64,000 nt of DNA. Source: the human T2T-CHM13v2.0 reference genome, Homo sapiens. Shown here piece after piece: positions 43,401-57,399 of the stretch. Both the position numbers and the translations under genes were made by a program. The stretch lies in assembly GCF_009914755.1 (NCBI RefSeq), contig NC_060933.1, one strand, 5' to 3'. How positions within the stretch are numbered: position 1 is the first letter of the stretch; each line of letters begins with the position of its first letter. The notes under the pieces are model-generated. The model was not told the origin of the DNA and did not search any database. It worked only from the letters and a program-made list of their open reading frames with translations.

Positions 43401-46400
43401 TCAAGTTGATTCCATTCCATTGCATTCCATTCCATTCGATTCCATTCGATTGCACTCGGGTTGATTCCATTCCATTGCATTCCATTCCATTCCATTCGAT
43501 TCCATTCCATTCCATTCCGTTCCATTCCATTCCATTACATTCGGATTGATTCTATTCAATTCCCTTACACTCCATTACATTACATTCCATTCGGGTAGTT
43601 TCCATTCCATTCCATTCCATTCCTCTCCATTCCATTGCACTCGGGTTGATTCCATTCCATTGCATTCCATTCCATTCCATTCAAATCCATTCCGTTCCAT
43701 TCCATTCCATTACATTCGGATTGATTCTATTCAACTCCCTTACTCTCCATTACATTCCATTCCATTCGGGTTGTTCCATTCCATTCCATTCCATTCCACT
43801 CCATTCCATTGGACTCGGGTTGATTCCATTCCATTCCATTCCATTCCATTCCATTCCATTCCGGAAGATTCCATTCCATTGCATTCCATTCCATTCCATT
43901 CCCCTGCACTCGCGTTGATTCTATTCTATTCCATTCTATTCCATTCCATTCCCTTCCTTTCCGTTCCATTCCATTCCATTCCATTCCATTCCATTCCATT
44001 CCATTCTGTTCCGTTCCGTTCCATTCCATTCCATTCCATTCCATTCTATTCGGGTTAATTCCATTCCATTCCATTCGATTGCAATCGAGTTGATTCCATT
44101 CCATTCCATTCCATTCCATTCCATTCCATTCCATTCCTTTCCATTCCTTTACGGATGATTCCATTCCATTGCATTCCATTCCATTCCATTCCCCTGTACT
44201 CGGGTTGATTCCATTCCATTCCATTCCAATCCATGCCCTTCCACTCGTGTTGATTCCATTATTTCCATTCCATTCTAGTTGAATCCATTCCATTGCATTC
44301 CATTCCATTCGATTCCATTCGATTGCACTCGGGTTGATTCCATTCCATTGCATTCCATTCCATTCCATTCCATTCCATTCCATTCCATTCCATTCCATTC
44401 CTTTCCGTTCCATTCCATTCCATTCCATTCCATTCCATTCCATTCCGTTCCGTTCCGTTCCATTCCATTCCATTCCATTCTATTCGGGTTAATTCCATTC
44501 CATTCCATTCGATTGCAATCGAGTTGATTCCATTCCATTCCATTCCATTCCATTCCATTCCATTCCATTCCATGCCTTTCCATTCCATTACGGATGATTC
44601 CATTCCATTGCATTACATTCCATTCCATTCCCCTGTACTCGGGTTGATTCCATTCCATTCCATTTCATTCCATTCCGGATGATTCCATTCCATTGCATTC
44701 CGTTCCATTACATTCCCCTGCACTCGCGTTGATTCCATTCCATTCCATTCCATTCCATTCAATTCCATTCCATTACAATTCGTTCCATTCCATTCTATTC
44801 CGTACCATTCCATTCCATTGCATACCATTCCATTCCATTCCATTCCATTCCGTTCCATTCCGTTCCATTCCATTCCATTCCATTCTATTCGGATTAATTC
44901 CATTCCATTCCATTCCATTCCATTCTATTCCATTCCATTGCAATCGGGTTGAATCCATTGCATTTCATTCCATTCCATTCCATTCCATTCCATTCCGGAA
45001 GATTCCATTCCATTGCATTCCATTCCATTCCATTCCCCTGCGTTCGCGTTGATTCCATTTCATTCCATTCAATTCCATTCCGTTCCATTCCATTCCATTA
45101 TATTCGGATTGATTCTACTCAACTCCCTTACTCTCCATTATATTCCATTCCATTCGGGTTGTTCCATTCCATTCCATTCCATTCCACTCCATTCCATTGC
45201 ACTCGGGTTTGTTCCATTCCATTCCATTCCATTCCATTCCATTCCATTCCGAAAGATTCCATTCCATTGCATTCCATTCCATTCCATTCCCCTGCACTCG
45301 CGTTGATTCCATTCCATTCCATTCCATTCCATTCCTTTCCGTTCCATTCCATTCCATTCCATTCCATTCCATTCCATTCCGTTCCGTTCCATTCCATTCC
45401 ATTCCATTCCATTCTATTCGGGTTAATTCCATTCCATTCCATTCCATTGCAATCGAGTTGATTCCATTCCATTCCATTCCATTCCATTCCATTCCATTCC
45501 ATTCCTTTCCATTCCATTACGGATGATTCCATTCCATTGCATTACATTCCATTCCATTCCCCTGTACTCGGGTTGATTCCATTCCATTCCATTCCATTCC
45601 ATTCCATTCCGGATGATTCCATTCCATTGCATTCCGTTCCATTACATTCCCCTGCACTCGCGTTGATTCCATTCCATTCCATTCCATTCCATTCAATTCC
45701 ATTCCATTACAATTCGTTCCATTCCATTCTATTCCGTACCATTCCATTCCATTGCATACCATTCCATTCCATTCCATTCCATTCCGTTCCATTCCGTTCC
45801 ATTCCATTCCATTCCATTCTATTCGGATTAATTCCATTCCATTCCATTCCATTCCATTCTATTCCATTCCATTGCAATCGAGTTGAATCCATTGCATTTC
45901 ATTCCATTCCATTCCATTCCATTCCATTCCGGAAGATTCCATTCCATTGCAATCCATTCCATTCCATTCCCCTGCGTTCGCGTTGATTCCATTCCATTCC
46001 ATTCCATTCCATTCCGTTCCGTTCCGTTCCATTCCATTCCATTCCATTCCATTCCGTTCCGTTCCATTCCATTCCATTCCATTCTATTCGGGTTAATTCC
46101 ATTCCATTCCATTCGATTGCAATCGAGTTGATCCCATTCCATTCCATTCCATTCCATTCCATTCCATTCCTTTCCATTCCATTACGGATGATTCCATTCC
46201 ATTGCATTCCATTCCATTCCATTCCCCTGTACTCGGGTTGATTCCATTCCATTCCATTCCAATCCATGCCCTTCCACTCGTGTTGATTCCATTATTTCCA
46301 TTCCATTCTAGTTGAATCCATTCCATTGCATTCCATTCCATTCGATTCCATTCGATTGCACTCGGGTTGATTCCATTCCATTGCATTCCATTCCATTCCA

Positions 46401-49400
46401 TTCCATTCCATTCCTTTCCATTCCATTCCATTCCATTCCTTTCCGTTCCATTCCATTCCATTCCATTCCATTCCATTCCGTTTCGTTGCGTTCCATTCCA
46501 TTCCATTCCATTCTATTCGGGTTAATTGCATTCCATTCCATTCGATTGCAATCGAGTTGATTCCATTCCATTCCATTCCATTCCATTCCATTCCTTTCCA
46601 TTCCATTACGGATGATTCCATTCCATTGCATTACATTCCATTCCATTCCCCTGTACTCGGGTTGATTCCATTCCATTCCATTCCAATCCATGCCATTCCA
46701 CTCGTGTTGATTCCATTCTTTCCATTCCATTCAAGTTGATTCCATTCCATTGCATTCCATTCCATTCGATTCCATTCCATTCCATTCCGTTCCATTCCAT
46801 TCCATTACATTCGGATTGATTCTATTCAATTCCCTTACACTCCATTACATTACATTCCATTCGGGTAGTTTCCATTCCATTCCATTCCATTCCTCTCCAT
46901 TCCATTGCACTCGGGTTGATTCCATTCCATTGCATTCCATTCCATTCCATTCAAATCCATTCCGTTCCATTCCATTCCATTACATTCGGATTGATTCTAT
47001 TCAACTCCCTTACTCTCCATTTCATTCCATTCCATTCGGGTTGTTCCATTCCATTCCATTCCATTCCACTCCATTCCATTGGACTCGGGTTGATTCCATT
47101 CCATTCCATTCCATTCCATTCCATTCCATTCCATTCCGGAAGATTCCATTCCATTGCATTCCATTCCATTCCATTCCCCTGCACTCGCGTTGATTCTATT
47201 CTATTCCATTCTATTCCATTCCATTCCCTTCCTTTCCGTTCCATTCCATTCCATTCCAATCCATTCCATTCCATTCCGTTCCGTTCCGTTCCATTCCATT
47301 CCATTCCATTCCATTCTATTCGGGTTAATTCCATTCCATTCCATTCGATTGCAATCGAGTTGATTCCATTCCATTCCATTCCATTCCATTCCATTCCATT
47401 CCATTCCATTCCATTCCTTTCCATTCCTTTACGGATGATTCCATTCCATTGCATTCCATTCCATTCCATTCCCCTGTACTCGGGTTGATTCCATTCCATT
47501 CCATTCCAATCCATTCCATTCCGGATGATTCCATTCCATTGCATTCCGTTCCATTACATTCCCCTGCACTCGCGTTGATTCCATTCCATTCCATTCCATT
47601 CCATTCAATTCCATTCCATTACAATTCGTTCCATTCCATTCTATTCCGTACCATTCCATTCCATTGCATACCATTCCATTCCATTCCATTCCATTCCGTT
47701 CCATTCCGTTCCATTCCATTCCATTCCATTCTATTCGGATTAATTCCATTCCATTCCATTCCATTCCATTCTATTCCATTCCATTGCAATCGAGTTGAAT
47801 CCATTGCATTTCATTCCATTCCATTCCATTCCGGAAGATTCCATTCCATTGCATTCCATTCCATTCCATTCCCCTGCGTTCGCGTTGATTCCATTCCATT
47901 CCATTCAATTCCATTCCGTTCCATTCCATTCCATTATATTCGGATTGATTCTACTCAACTCCCTTACTCTCCATTATATTCCATTTCATTCGGGTTGTTC
48001 CATTCCATTCCATTCCATTCCACTCCATTCCATTGCACTCGGGTTTGTTCCATTCCATTCCATTCCATTCCATTCCATTCCATTCCATTCCATTCCATTC
48101 CGGAAGATTCCATTCCATTGCATTCCATTCCATTCCATTCCCCTGCACTCGCGTTGATTCCATTCCATTCCATTCCATTCCATTCCATTCCATTCCATTC
48201 CTTTCCGTTCCATTCCATTCCATTCCATTCCATTCCATTCCGTTCCGTTCCGTTCCGTTCCATTCCATTCCATTCCATTCTATTCGGGTTAATTCCATTC
48301 CATTCCATTCGATTGCAATCGAGTTGATTCCATTCCATTCCATTCCATTCCATTCCATTCCATTCCATTCCATTCCTTTCCATTCCATTACGGATGATTC
48401 CATTCCATTGCATTACATTCCATTCCATTCCCCTGTACTCGGGTTGATTCCATTCCATTCCATTCCATTCCATTCCATTCCGGATGATTCCATTCCATTG
48501 CATTCCGTTCCATTACATTCCCCTGCACTCGCGTTGATTCCATTCCATTCCATTCCATTCCATTCAATTCCATTCCATTACAATTCGTTCCATTCCATTC
48601 TATTCCGTACCATTCCATTCCATTGCATACCATTCCATTCCATTCCATTCCATTCCGTTCCGTTCCGTTCCATTCCATTCCATTCCATTCTATTCGGATT
48701 AATTCCATTCCATTCCATTCCATTCCATTCTATTCCATTCCATTGCAATCGAGTTGAATCCATTGCATTTCATTCCATTCCATTCCATTCCATTCCATTC
48801 CGGAAGATTCCATTCCATTGCATTCCATTCCATTCCATTCCCCTGCGTTCGCGTTGATTCCATTCCATTCCATTCCATTCCATTCCGTTCCGTTCCATTC
48901 CATTCCATTCCATTCCATTCCGTTCCGTTCCATTCCATTCCATTCCATTCTATTCGGGTTAATTCCATTCCATTCCATTCGATTGCAATCGAGTTGATTC
49001 CATTCCATTCCATTCCATTCCATTCCATTCCATTCCATTCCATTCCTTTCCATTCCATTACGGATGATTCCATTCCATTGCATTCCATTCCATTCCATTC
49101 CCCTGTACTCGGGTTGATTCCATTCCATTCCATTCCAATCCATGCCATTCCACTCGTGTTGATTCCATTCTTTCCATTCCATTCAAGTTGATTCCATTCC
49201 ATTGCATTCCATTCCATTCGATTCCATTCGATTGCACTCGGGTTGATTCCATTCCATTGCATTCCATTCCATTCCATTCGATTCCATTCCATTCCATTCC
49301 GTTCCATTCCATTCCATTCCATTCGGATTGATTCTATTCAATTCCCTTACACTCCATTACATTACATTCCATTCGGGTAGTTTCCATTCCATTCCATTCC

Positions 49401-51100
49401 ATTCCTCTCCATTCCATTGCACTCGGGTTGATTCCATTCCATTGCATTCCATTCCATTCCATTCAATTCTATTCCGTTCCATTCCATTCCATTACATTCG
49501 GATTAATTCTATTCAAGTCCCTTACTCTCTATTATATTCCATTCCATTCGGGTTGTTCCATTCCATTCCATTCCATTCCACTCCATTCCATTTGACTCGG
49601 GTTGATTCCATTCCATTCCATTCCATTCCATTCCATTCCATTCCGGAAGATGCCATTCCATTGCATTCCATTCCATTCCATTCCCCTGCACTCGCGTTGA
49701 TTCTATTCTATTCCATTCTATTCCATTCCATTCCCTTCCTTTCCGTTCCATTCCATTCCATTCCATTCCATTCCATTCCATTCCATTCCGTTCCGTTAAG
49801 TTCCATTCCATTCCATTCCATTCTATTCGGGTTAATTCCATTCCATTCCATTCGATTGCAATCGAGTGGATTCCATTCCATTCCATTCCATTCCATTCCA
49901 TTCCTTTCCATTCCATTACGGATGATTCCATTCCATTGCATTGCATTCCATTCCATTCCCCTGTACTCGGGTTGATTCCATTCCATTCCATTCCAATCCA
50001 TGCCCTTCCACTCGTGTTGATTCCATTATTTCCATTCCATTCTAGTTGAATCCATTCCATTGCATTCCATTCCATTCGATTCCATTCGATTGCACTCGGG
50101 TTGATTCCATTCCATTGCATTCCATTCCATTCCATTCCATTCCATTCCATTCCATTCCATTCCATTTCATTCCGTTCCATTCCATTCCATTACATTCGGA
50201 TTGATTCTATTCAACTCCCTTACTCTCCATTACATTGGATTCCATTCGGGTTGTTCCATTCCATTCCATTCCATTCCACTCCATTCCATTGCACTCGGGT
50301 TGATTCCATTACATTCCATTCCATTCCGGAAGATTCCATTCCATTGCATTCCATTACATTCCATTCCCCTGTACTCGCGTTGATTCCATTCCTTTCCATT
50401 CCATTCCATTCCATTCCATTCCATTCCATTCCATTCCTTTCCGTTCCATTCCATTACATTCCATTCCATTCCATTCCGTTCCGTTCCATTCCATTCCATT
50501 CCATTCTATTCGGGTTAATTCCATTCAATTCCATTCGATTGCAATCGTGTTGATTCCATTCCATTCCATTCCATTCCATTCCATTCAATTCCATTCCGTT
50601 CCATTCCATTCCATTATATTCGGATTGATTCTACTCAACTCCCTTACTCTCCATTATATTCCATTCCATTCGGGTTGTTCCATTCCATTCCATTCCATTC
50701 CACTCCATTCCATTGCACTCGGGTTTGTTCCATTCCATTCCATTCCATTCCATTCCATTCCATTCCGGAAGATTCCATTCCATTGCATTCCATTCCATTC
50801 CATTCCCCTGCACTCGCGTTGATTCCATTCCATTCCATTCCTTTCCATTCCATTCCATTCCATTCCTTTCCGTTGCATTCCATTCCATTCCATTCCATTC
50901 CATGCCGTTCCATTCCGTTCCGTTCCGTTCCATTCCATTCCATTCCATTCTATTCGGGTTAATTCCATTCCATTCCATTCGATTGCAATCGAGTTGATTC
51001 CATTCCATTCCATTCCATTCCATTCCATTCCATTCCATTCCTTTCCATTCCATTACGGATGATTCCATTCCATTGCATTACATTCCATTCCATTCCCCTG
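40500..51100 (+). repeat. Locally amplified sub-domain: ~3 units (~3.4, ~3.3, ~2.5 kb) plus a partial unit, with private variants
   Basis: Offsets 40854/44259 (3405), 41735/45115 (3380), 42947/46292 (3345), 45517/48388 (2871), 43546/49328 (5782). Marker TTGATTCTATTCTATTCC at ~43915, ~47190 and ~49696. Confidence 0.85.
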
Positions 51101-51139
51101 TACTCGGGTTGATTTCATTCCATTCCATTCCATTCCATT

Positions 51140-54100
51140 CCATTCCGGATGATTCCTTTCCATTGCATTCCATTCCATTCCATTCCCCTGCACTCGGGTT
51201 GATTCCATTCCATTCCACTCCATTCCATTGCATTCCATTCCATTCCATTGTATTCGGGTTGATTCCATTGCATTCCTTTCCATTCCATTCCATTCCATTC
51301 CATTCCATTACAATCGAGTTGATTCCATTCCATTCCATTCCATTCCAGTGCTTTCCATTCCATTCCACTCGGGTTGATTCCATTCTATTAGTTTCCATTC
51401 TATTCCATTCCCTTCCATTCCACTCTTGTTGATTCCATTCCTTTCCATTCCACTCGAATACATTCCCTCCTATTCCACTCGGAACGATTCCATTCCATTC
51501 CATTCCATTCCATTCCATTCCATTCCATTCCATTTCGTTCTATTCCATTCTATTCCGTACCATTCCATTCCATTCTATTCCATTCCATTCCATTCCACTC
51601 GTGTTGATTCCATTGCTTTCCATTCCATTCGGTTTGAAGGCATTCCATTCCATTCCATTCCATTCCATTCCATTCCATTCCATTCCATTCCATTGTACTC
51701 GGGTTGATTCAATTCCATTGCTTTCCATTCCATTCCATTCCGTTGCATTCTATTCCATTTCATTCGGATTGATTGTATTCAAATCCCTTACTCTTCATTA
51801 CATTCCATTCCATTCGGGTTGTTCCATTCCATTCCATTCCATTCCATTCCATTCCATTCCATACCATTCCATTCCATTGCATTCCATTCCATTCCGTTCC
51901 ATTCCGTTCCATTCCATTCCATTCCATTCTATTCGGGTTAATTCCATTCCACTCCATTCCATTCCATTCCATTCTATTCCATTCCATTGCAATCGAGTTG
52001 AATCCATTGCATTTCATTCCATTCCATTCCATTCCATTCCATTCCGGAAGATTCCATTCCATTGCATTCCATTCCATTCCATTCCCCTGCACTCGCGTTG
52101 ATTCCATTCCATTCCATTCCATTCCATTCCGTTCCATTCCGTTCCGTTCCATTTCATTCCATTCCATTCCATTCCATTCCGTTCCGTTCCATTCCATTCC
52201 ATTCCATTCCACTCTATTCGGGTTAATTCCATTCCATTCCATTCGATTGCAATCGAGTGGATTCCATTCCATTCCATTCCATTCCATTCCATTCCTTTCC
52301 CCTGTACTCGGGTTGATTCCATTCCATTCCATTCCAATCCATGCCATTCCACTCGTGTTGATTCCATTCTTTCCATTCCATTCAAGATGAATCCATTCCA
52401 TTGCATTCCATTCCATTCGATTCCATTCGTTTGCACTCGTGTTGATTCCATGGCATTGCATTCCATTCCATTGCATTCCATTTCATTCCATTCCATTGCA
52501 TTCCATTTCATTCCATTCCATTCATTTCCATTCCATTCCATTCCATTCGGATTCATTCTATTCAATTCCCTTACACTCCATTACATTACATTCCATTCGG
52601 GTTGTTCCATTCCATTCCATTCCATTCCACTCCATTCCATTGCACTGGGGTTGATTCCATTCCATTCCTTTCCATTCCATTCCATTCCATTCCGGATGAT
52701 TCCATTCCATTGCATTCCGTTCCATTCCATTCCCCTGCAGTCGCGTTGATTCCATTCCATTCCATTCCATTCCATTCCATTCCATTCCATTCCATTCCAT
52801 TGTACTCGGGTTGATTCCATTCCATTGCATTCCATTCCATTCCATTCCATTCCATTCTATTCCATTCCATTCCGTTGCTTTCCATTCCATTACATTCGGA
52901 TTGATTCTATTCAACTCCCTTACTCTCCATTACATTCCATTCCATTCGGGTTCTTCCATTCCATTCCATTCCATTCCACTCCATTCCATTGCACTCGGGT
53001 TGATTCCATTCCATTCCATTCCATTCCATTCATTCCGGATGATTCCATTCCATTGCATTCCGTTCCATTACATTCCCCTGCACTCGTGTTGATTCCATTC
53101 CATTCCATTCCATTCCAATCAATTCCATTCCATTACAATTCGTTCCATTCCATTCTATTCCGTACCATTCCATTCCATTACATACCATTCCATTCCGTTC
53201 CATTCCATTCCATTCCTTTCCATTCCATTCCGGAAGATTCCACTCCATTGCATTCCATTCCATTCCATTCCCCTGCACTCACGTTGATTCCATTCCATTC
53301 CATTCCATTCCCCTGAAGTCGGGTTGATTCCATTCCATTCCATTCCATTCCATTCCATTCCATTCCATTCAATTCCGTTCCGTTCCATTCCATTCCATTC
53401 CATTCTATTCGGGTTAATTCCATTCCATTCTATTCCATTCCATTCCATTCCAATCCATTCAGTTCCATTCCATTCCATTCCATTCCATTCTATTCGGGTT
53501 AATTCCATTCCATTTCATTCCATTCCATACCATTCCATTCCATTCCATTCCATTCCATTCCGTTCCATTCCGTTCTATTCCATTCCATTCCATTCTATTC
53601 GTGTTAATTCCATTCCATTCTATTCCATTCCAGTCCATTGAAATCGAGTTGATTCCATTCCATTCCATTCCATTCCATTCCATTCCATTCCGGATGATTC
53701 CATTCCATTGCATTCCATTCCATTCCATTCCCCTGCACTCGGATGGATTCCATTCCATTCCATTACATTACATTACGTTCCATTCCGTTCCATTCTATTC
53801 TATTCGGGTTAATTCCATTCCATTCCATTCCACTCCATTCCATTCCATTCTATTCGGGTTAATTCCATTCCATAACATTCCATTCCATTCCATTCCATTC
53901 CAATCGAGTTGATTCCATTCCATTGCATTCCATTTCACTCAATTCCAGTCCTTTCCATTCCATTCCACTCGGGTTGATTCCATTCTATTCCTTTCCATTC
54001 CATTCCATTCCATTGCATTCGAGTTGATTCCATTGCTTTGCATTCCATTCCATTCCATTCCATTCCGGATGATTCCTTTCCATTGCATTCCATTCCATTC

Positions 54101-56110
54101 CATTCCCCTGCACTCGGGTTGATTCCATTCCATTCCACTCCATTCCATTGCATTCCATTCCATTCCATTGTATTCGGGTTAATTCCATTGCATTCCTTTC
54201 CATTCCATTCCATTCCATTCCATTCCATTACAATCGAGTTGATTCCATTCCATTCCATTCCATTCCAGTGCTTTCCATTCCATTCCACTCGGGTTGATTC
54301 CATTCTATTAGTTTCCATTCCATTCCATTCCCTTCCATTCCACTCTGGTTGATTCCATTCCTTTCAATTCCACTCGAATACATTCCCTCCTATTCCACTC
54401 GGAACGATTCCATTCCATTCCATTCCATTCCATTCCATTCCATTCCATTTCGTTCCATTCCATTCTATTCCGTACCATTCCATTCCATTCCATTCCATTC
54501 CATTCCATTCCATTCCACTCGTGTTGATTCCATTGCTTTCCATTCCATTCGGTTTGAAGACATTCCATTCCATTCAATTCCATTCCATTCCATTCCATTC
54601 CATTCCATTCCATTCCATTCCATTCCATTGTACTCGGGTTGATTCAATTCCATTGCATTCCATTCCATTCCATTCCGTTGCATTCCATTCCATGTCATTC
54701 GGTTTGATTGTATTCAAATCCCTTACTCTTCATTACATTCCATTCCATTCGGGTTGTTCCATTCCATTCCATTCCATTCCATTCCATTCCATACCATTCC
54801 ATTCCATTCCATTCCATTCCATTCCATTCCATTCCATTCCGTTCCATTCCATTCCATTCCATTCTATTCGGGTTAATTCCATTCCATTCCATTCCATTCC
54901 ATTGCATTCCATTCCATTCTATTCCATTCCATTGCAATCGAGTTGAATCTATTGCATTTCATTCCATTCCATTCCATTCCATTCCATTCCGGAAGGTTCC
55001 AATCCATTGCATTCCATTCCATTCCATTCCCCTGCACTCGCGTTGATTCCATTCCATTCCATTCCATTCCGTTCCGTTCCGTTCCGTTCCATTTCATTCC
55101 ATTCCATTCCATTCCATTCCATTCCGTTCCGTTCCATTCCATTCCATTCCATTCCACTCTATTCGGGTTAATTCCATTCCATTCCATTCGATTGCAATCG
55201 AGTTGATTCCATTCCATTCCATTCCATTCCATTCCATTCCTTTCCCCTGTACTCGGGTTGATTCCATTCCATTCCATTCCAATCCATGCCATTCCACTCG
55301 TGTTGATTCCATTCTTTCCATTCCATTCAAGATGAATCCATTCCATTGCATTCCATTCCATTCGATTCCATTCGTTTGCACTCGTGTTGATTCCATGGCA
55401 TTGCATTCCATTCCATTGCATTCCATTTCATTCCATTCCATTCCTTTCCATTCCATTCCATTCCATTCGGATTCATTCTATTCAATTCCCTTACACTCCA
55501 TTACATTACATTCCATTCGGGTTGTTCCATTCCATTCCATTCCATTCCACTCCATTCCATTGCACTGGGGTTGATTCCATTCCATTCCTTTCCATTCCAT
55601 TCCATTCCATTCCGGATGATTCCATTCCATTGCATTCCGTTCCATTCCATTCCCCTGCAGTCGCGTTGATTCCATTCCATTCCATTCCATTCCATTCCAT
55701 TCCATTCCATTCCATTGTACTCGGGTTGATTCCATTCCATTGCATTCCATTCCATTCCATTACATTCCATTCTATTCCATTCCATTCCATTCTATTCCAT
55801 TCCATTCCGTTGCTTTCCATTCCATTACATTCGGATTGATTCTATTCAACTCCCTTACTCTCCATTACATTCCATTCCATTCGGGTTCTTCCATTCCATT
55901 CCATTCCATTCCACTCCATTCCATTGCACTCGGGTTGATTCCATTCCATTCCATTCCATTCCATTCATTCCGGATGATTCCATTCCATTGCATTCCGTTC
56001 CATTACATTCCCCTGCACTCGCGTTGATTCCATTCCATTCCATTCAATTCCATTCAATTCCATTCCATTACAATTCGTTCCATTCCATTCTATTCCGTAC
56101 CATTCCATTC
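51140..56110 (+). repeat. ~2.93-kb offset duplication (~51140-53180 copied at ~54060-56110)
   Basis: CGGATGATTCCTTTCC at 51146 and 54066. ORF offsets 51760/54695 (2935), 52558/55478 (2920), 52920/55855 (2935). Shared variants GCACTGGGGTTG, CCCCTGCAGTCGCG, GATTGTATTCAAATCCC. Confidence 0.85.
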
Positions 56111-57240
56111 CATTCCATACCATTCCACTCCATTCCATTCCATTCCATTCCGTTCCATTCCGTTCCATTCCATTCCATTCCATTCTATTCGGGTTAATTC
56201 CATTCCATTCCATTCCGTTCCATTCCATTCCATTCCATTGCATTCCATTCCGTTCCATTCCGTTCCATTCCATTCCATTCCATTCTATTCGGGTTAATTC
56301 CATTCCATTCCATTCCATTGCATTCTATTCCATTCCATTGCAATCGAGTTGAATCCATTGCATTTCATTCCATTCCATTCCATTCCATTCCATTCCGGAA
56401 GATTCCATTCCATTGCATTCCATTCCATTCCATTCCCCTGCACTCGCGTTGATTCCATTCCATTCCATTCCATTCCATTCCATTCCATTCCATTCCATTC
56501 CATTCCATTGTACTCGGGTTGATTCCATTCCATTGCATTCCATTCCATTCCATTCCATTCCATTCTATTCCATTCCATTCCGTTGCTTTCCATTCCATTA
56601 CATTCGGATTGATTCTATTCAACTCCCTTACTCTCCATTACATTCCATTCCATTCGGGTTCTTCCATTCCATTCCATTCCATTCCACTCCATTCCATTGC
56701 ACTCGGGTTGATTCCATTCCATTCCATTCCATTCCATTCATTCCGGATGATTCCATTCCATTGCATTCCGTTCCATTACATTCCCCTGGACTCGCGTTGA
56801 TTCCATTCCATTCCATTCCATTCCATTCAATTCCATTCCATTACAATTCGTTCCATTCCATTCTATTCCGTACCATTCCATTCCATTACATACCATTCCA
56901 TTGCATTCCATTCCATTCCATTCCGTTTCATTCCGTTCCATTCCATTCCATTCCATTCTATTCGGGTTAATTCCATTCCATTCCATTCCGTTCCATTCCA
57001 TTCCATTCCATTCCATTGCATTCCATTCCGTTCCATTCCGTTCCATTCCATTCCATTCCATTCTATTCGGGTTAATTCCATTCCATTCCATTCCATTCCA
57101 TTCCATTCTATTCCATTCCATTGCAATCGAGTTGAATCCATTGCATTTCATTCCATTCCATTCCATTCCATTCCATTCCGGAAGATTCCATTCCATTGCA
57201 TTCCATTCCATTCCATTCCCCTGCACTCGCGTTGATTCCA
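55660..57240 (+). repeat. ~0.78-kb tandem duplication
   Basis: Offsets 55855/56628, 55965/56738 and 56090/56863 (773), 56325/57108 (783). Shared GGGTTCTTCC and the 1-bp deletion CATTCATTCCGG. Confidence 0.85.
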
Positions 57241-57399
57241 TTCCATTCCATTCCACTCCATTCCATTCCATTCCATTCCGTTCCGTTCTGTTCCATTCCA
57301 TTCCATTCCATTCCGTTCCGTTCCATTCCATTCCATTCCATTCCATTCTATTCGGGTTAATTCCATTCCATTCCATTCGATTGCAATCGAGTTGATTCC

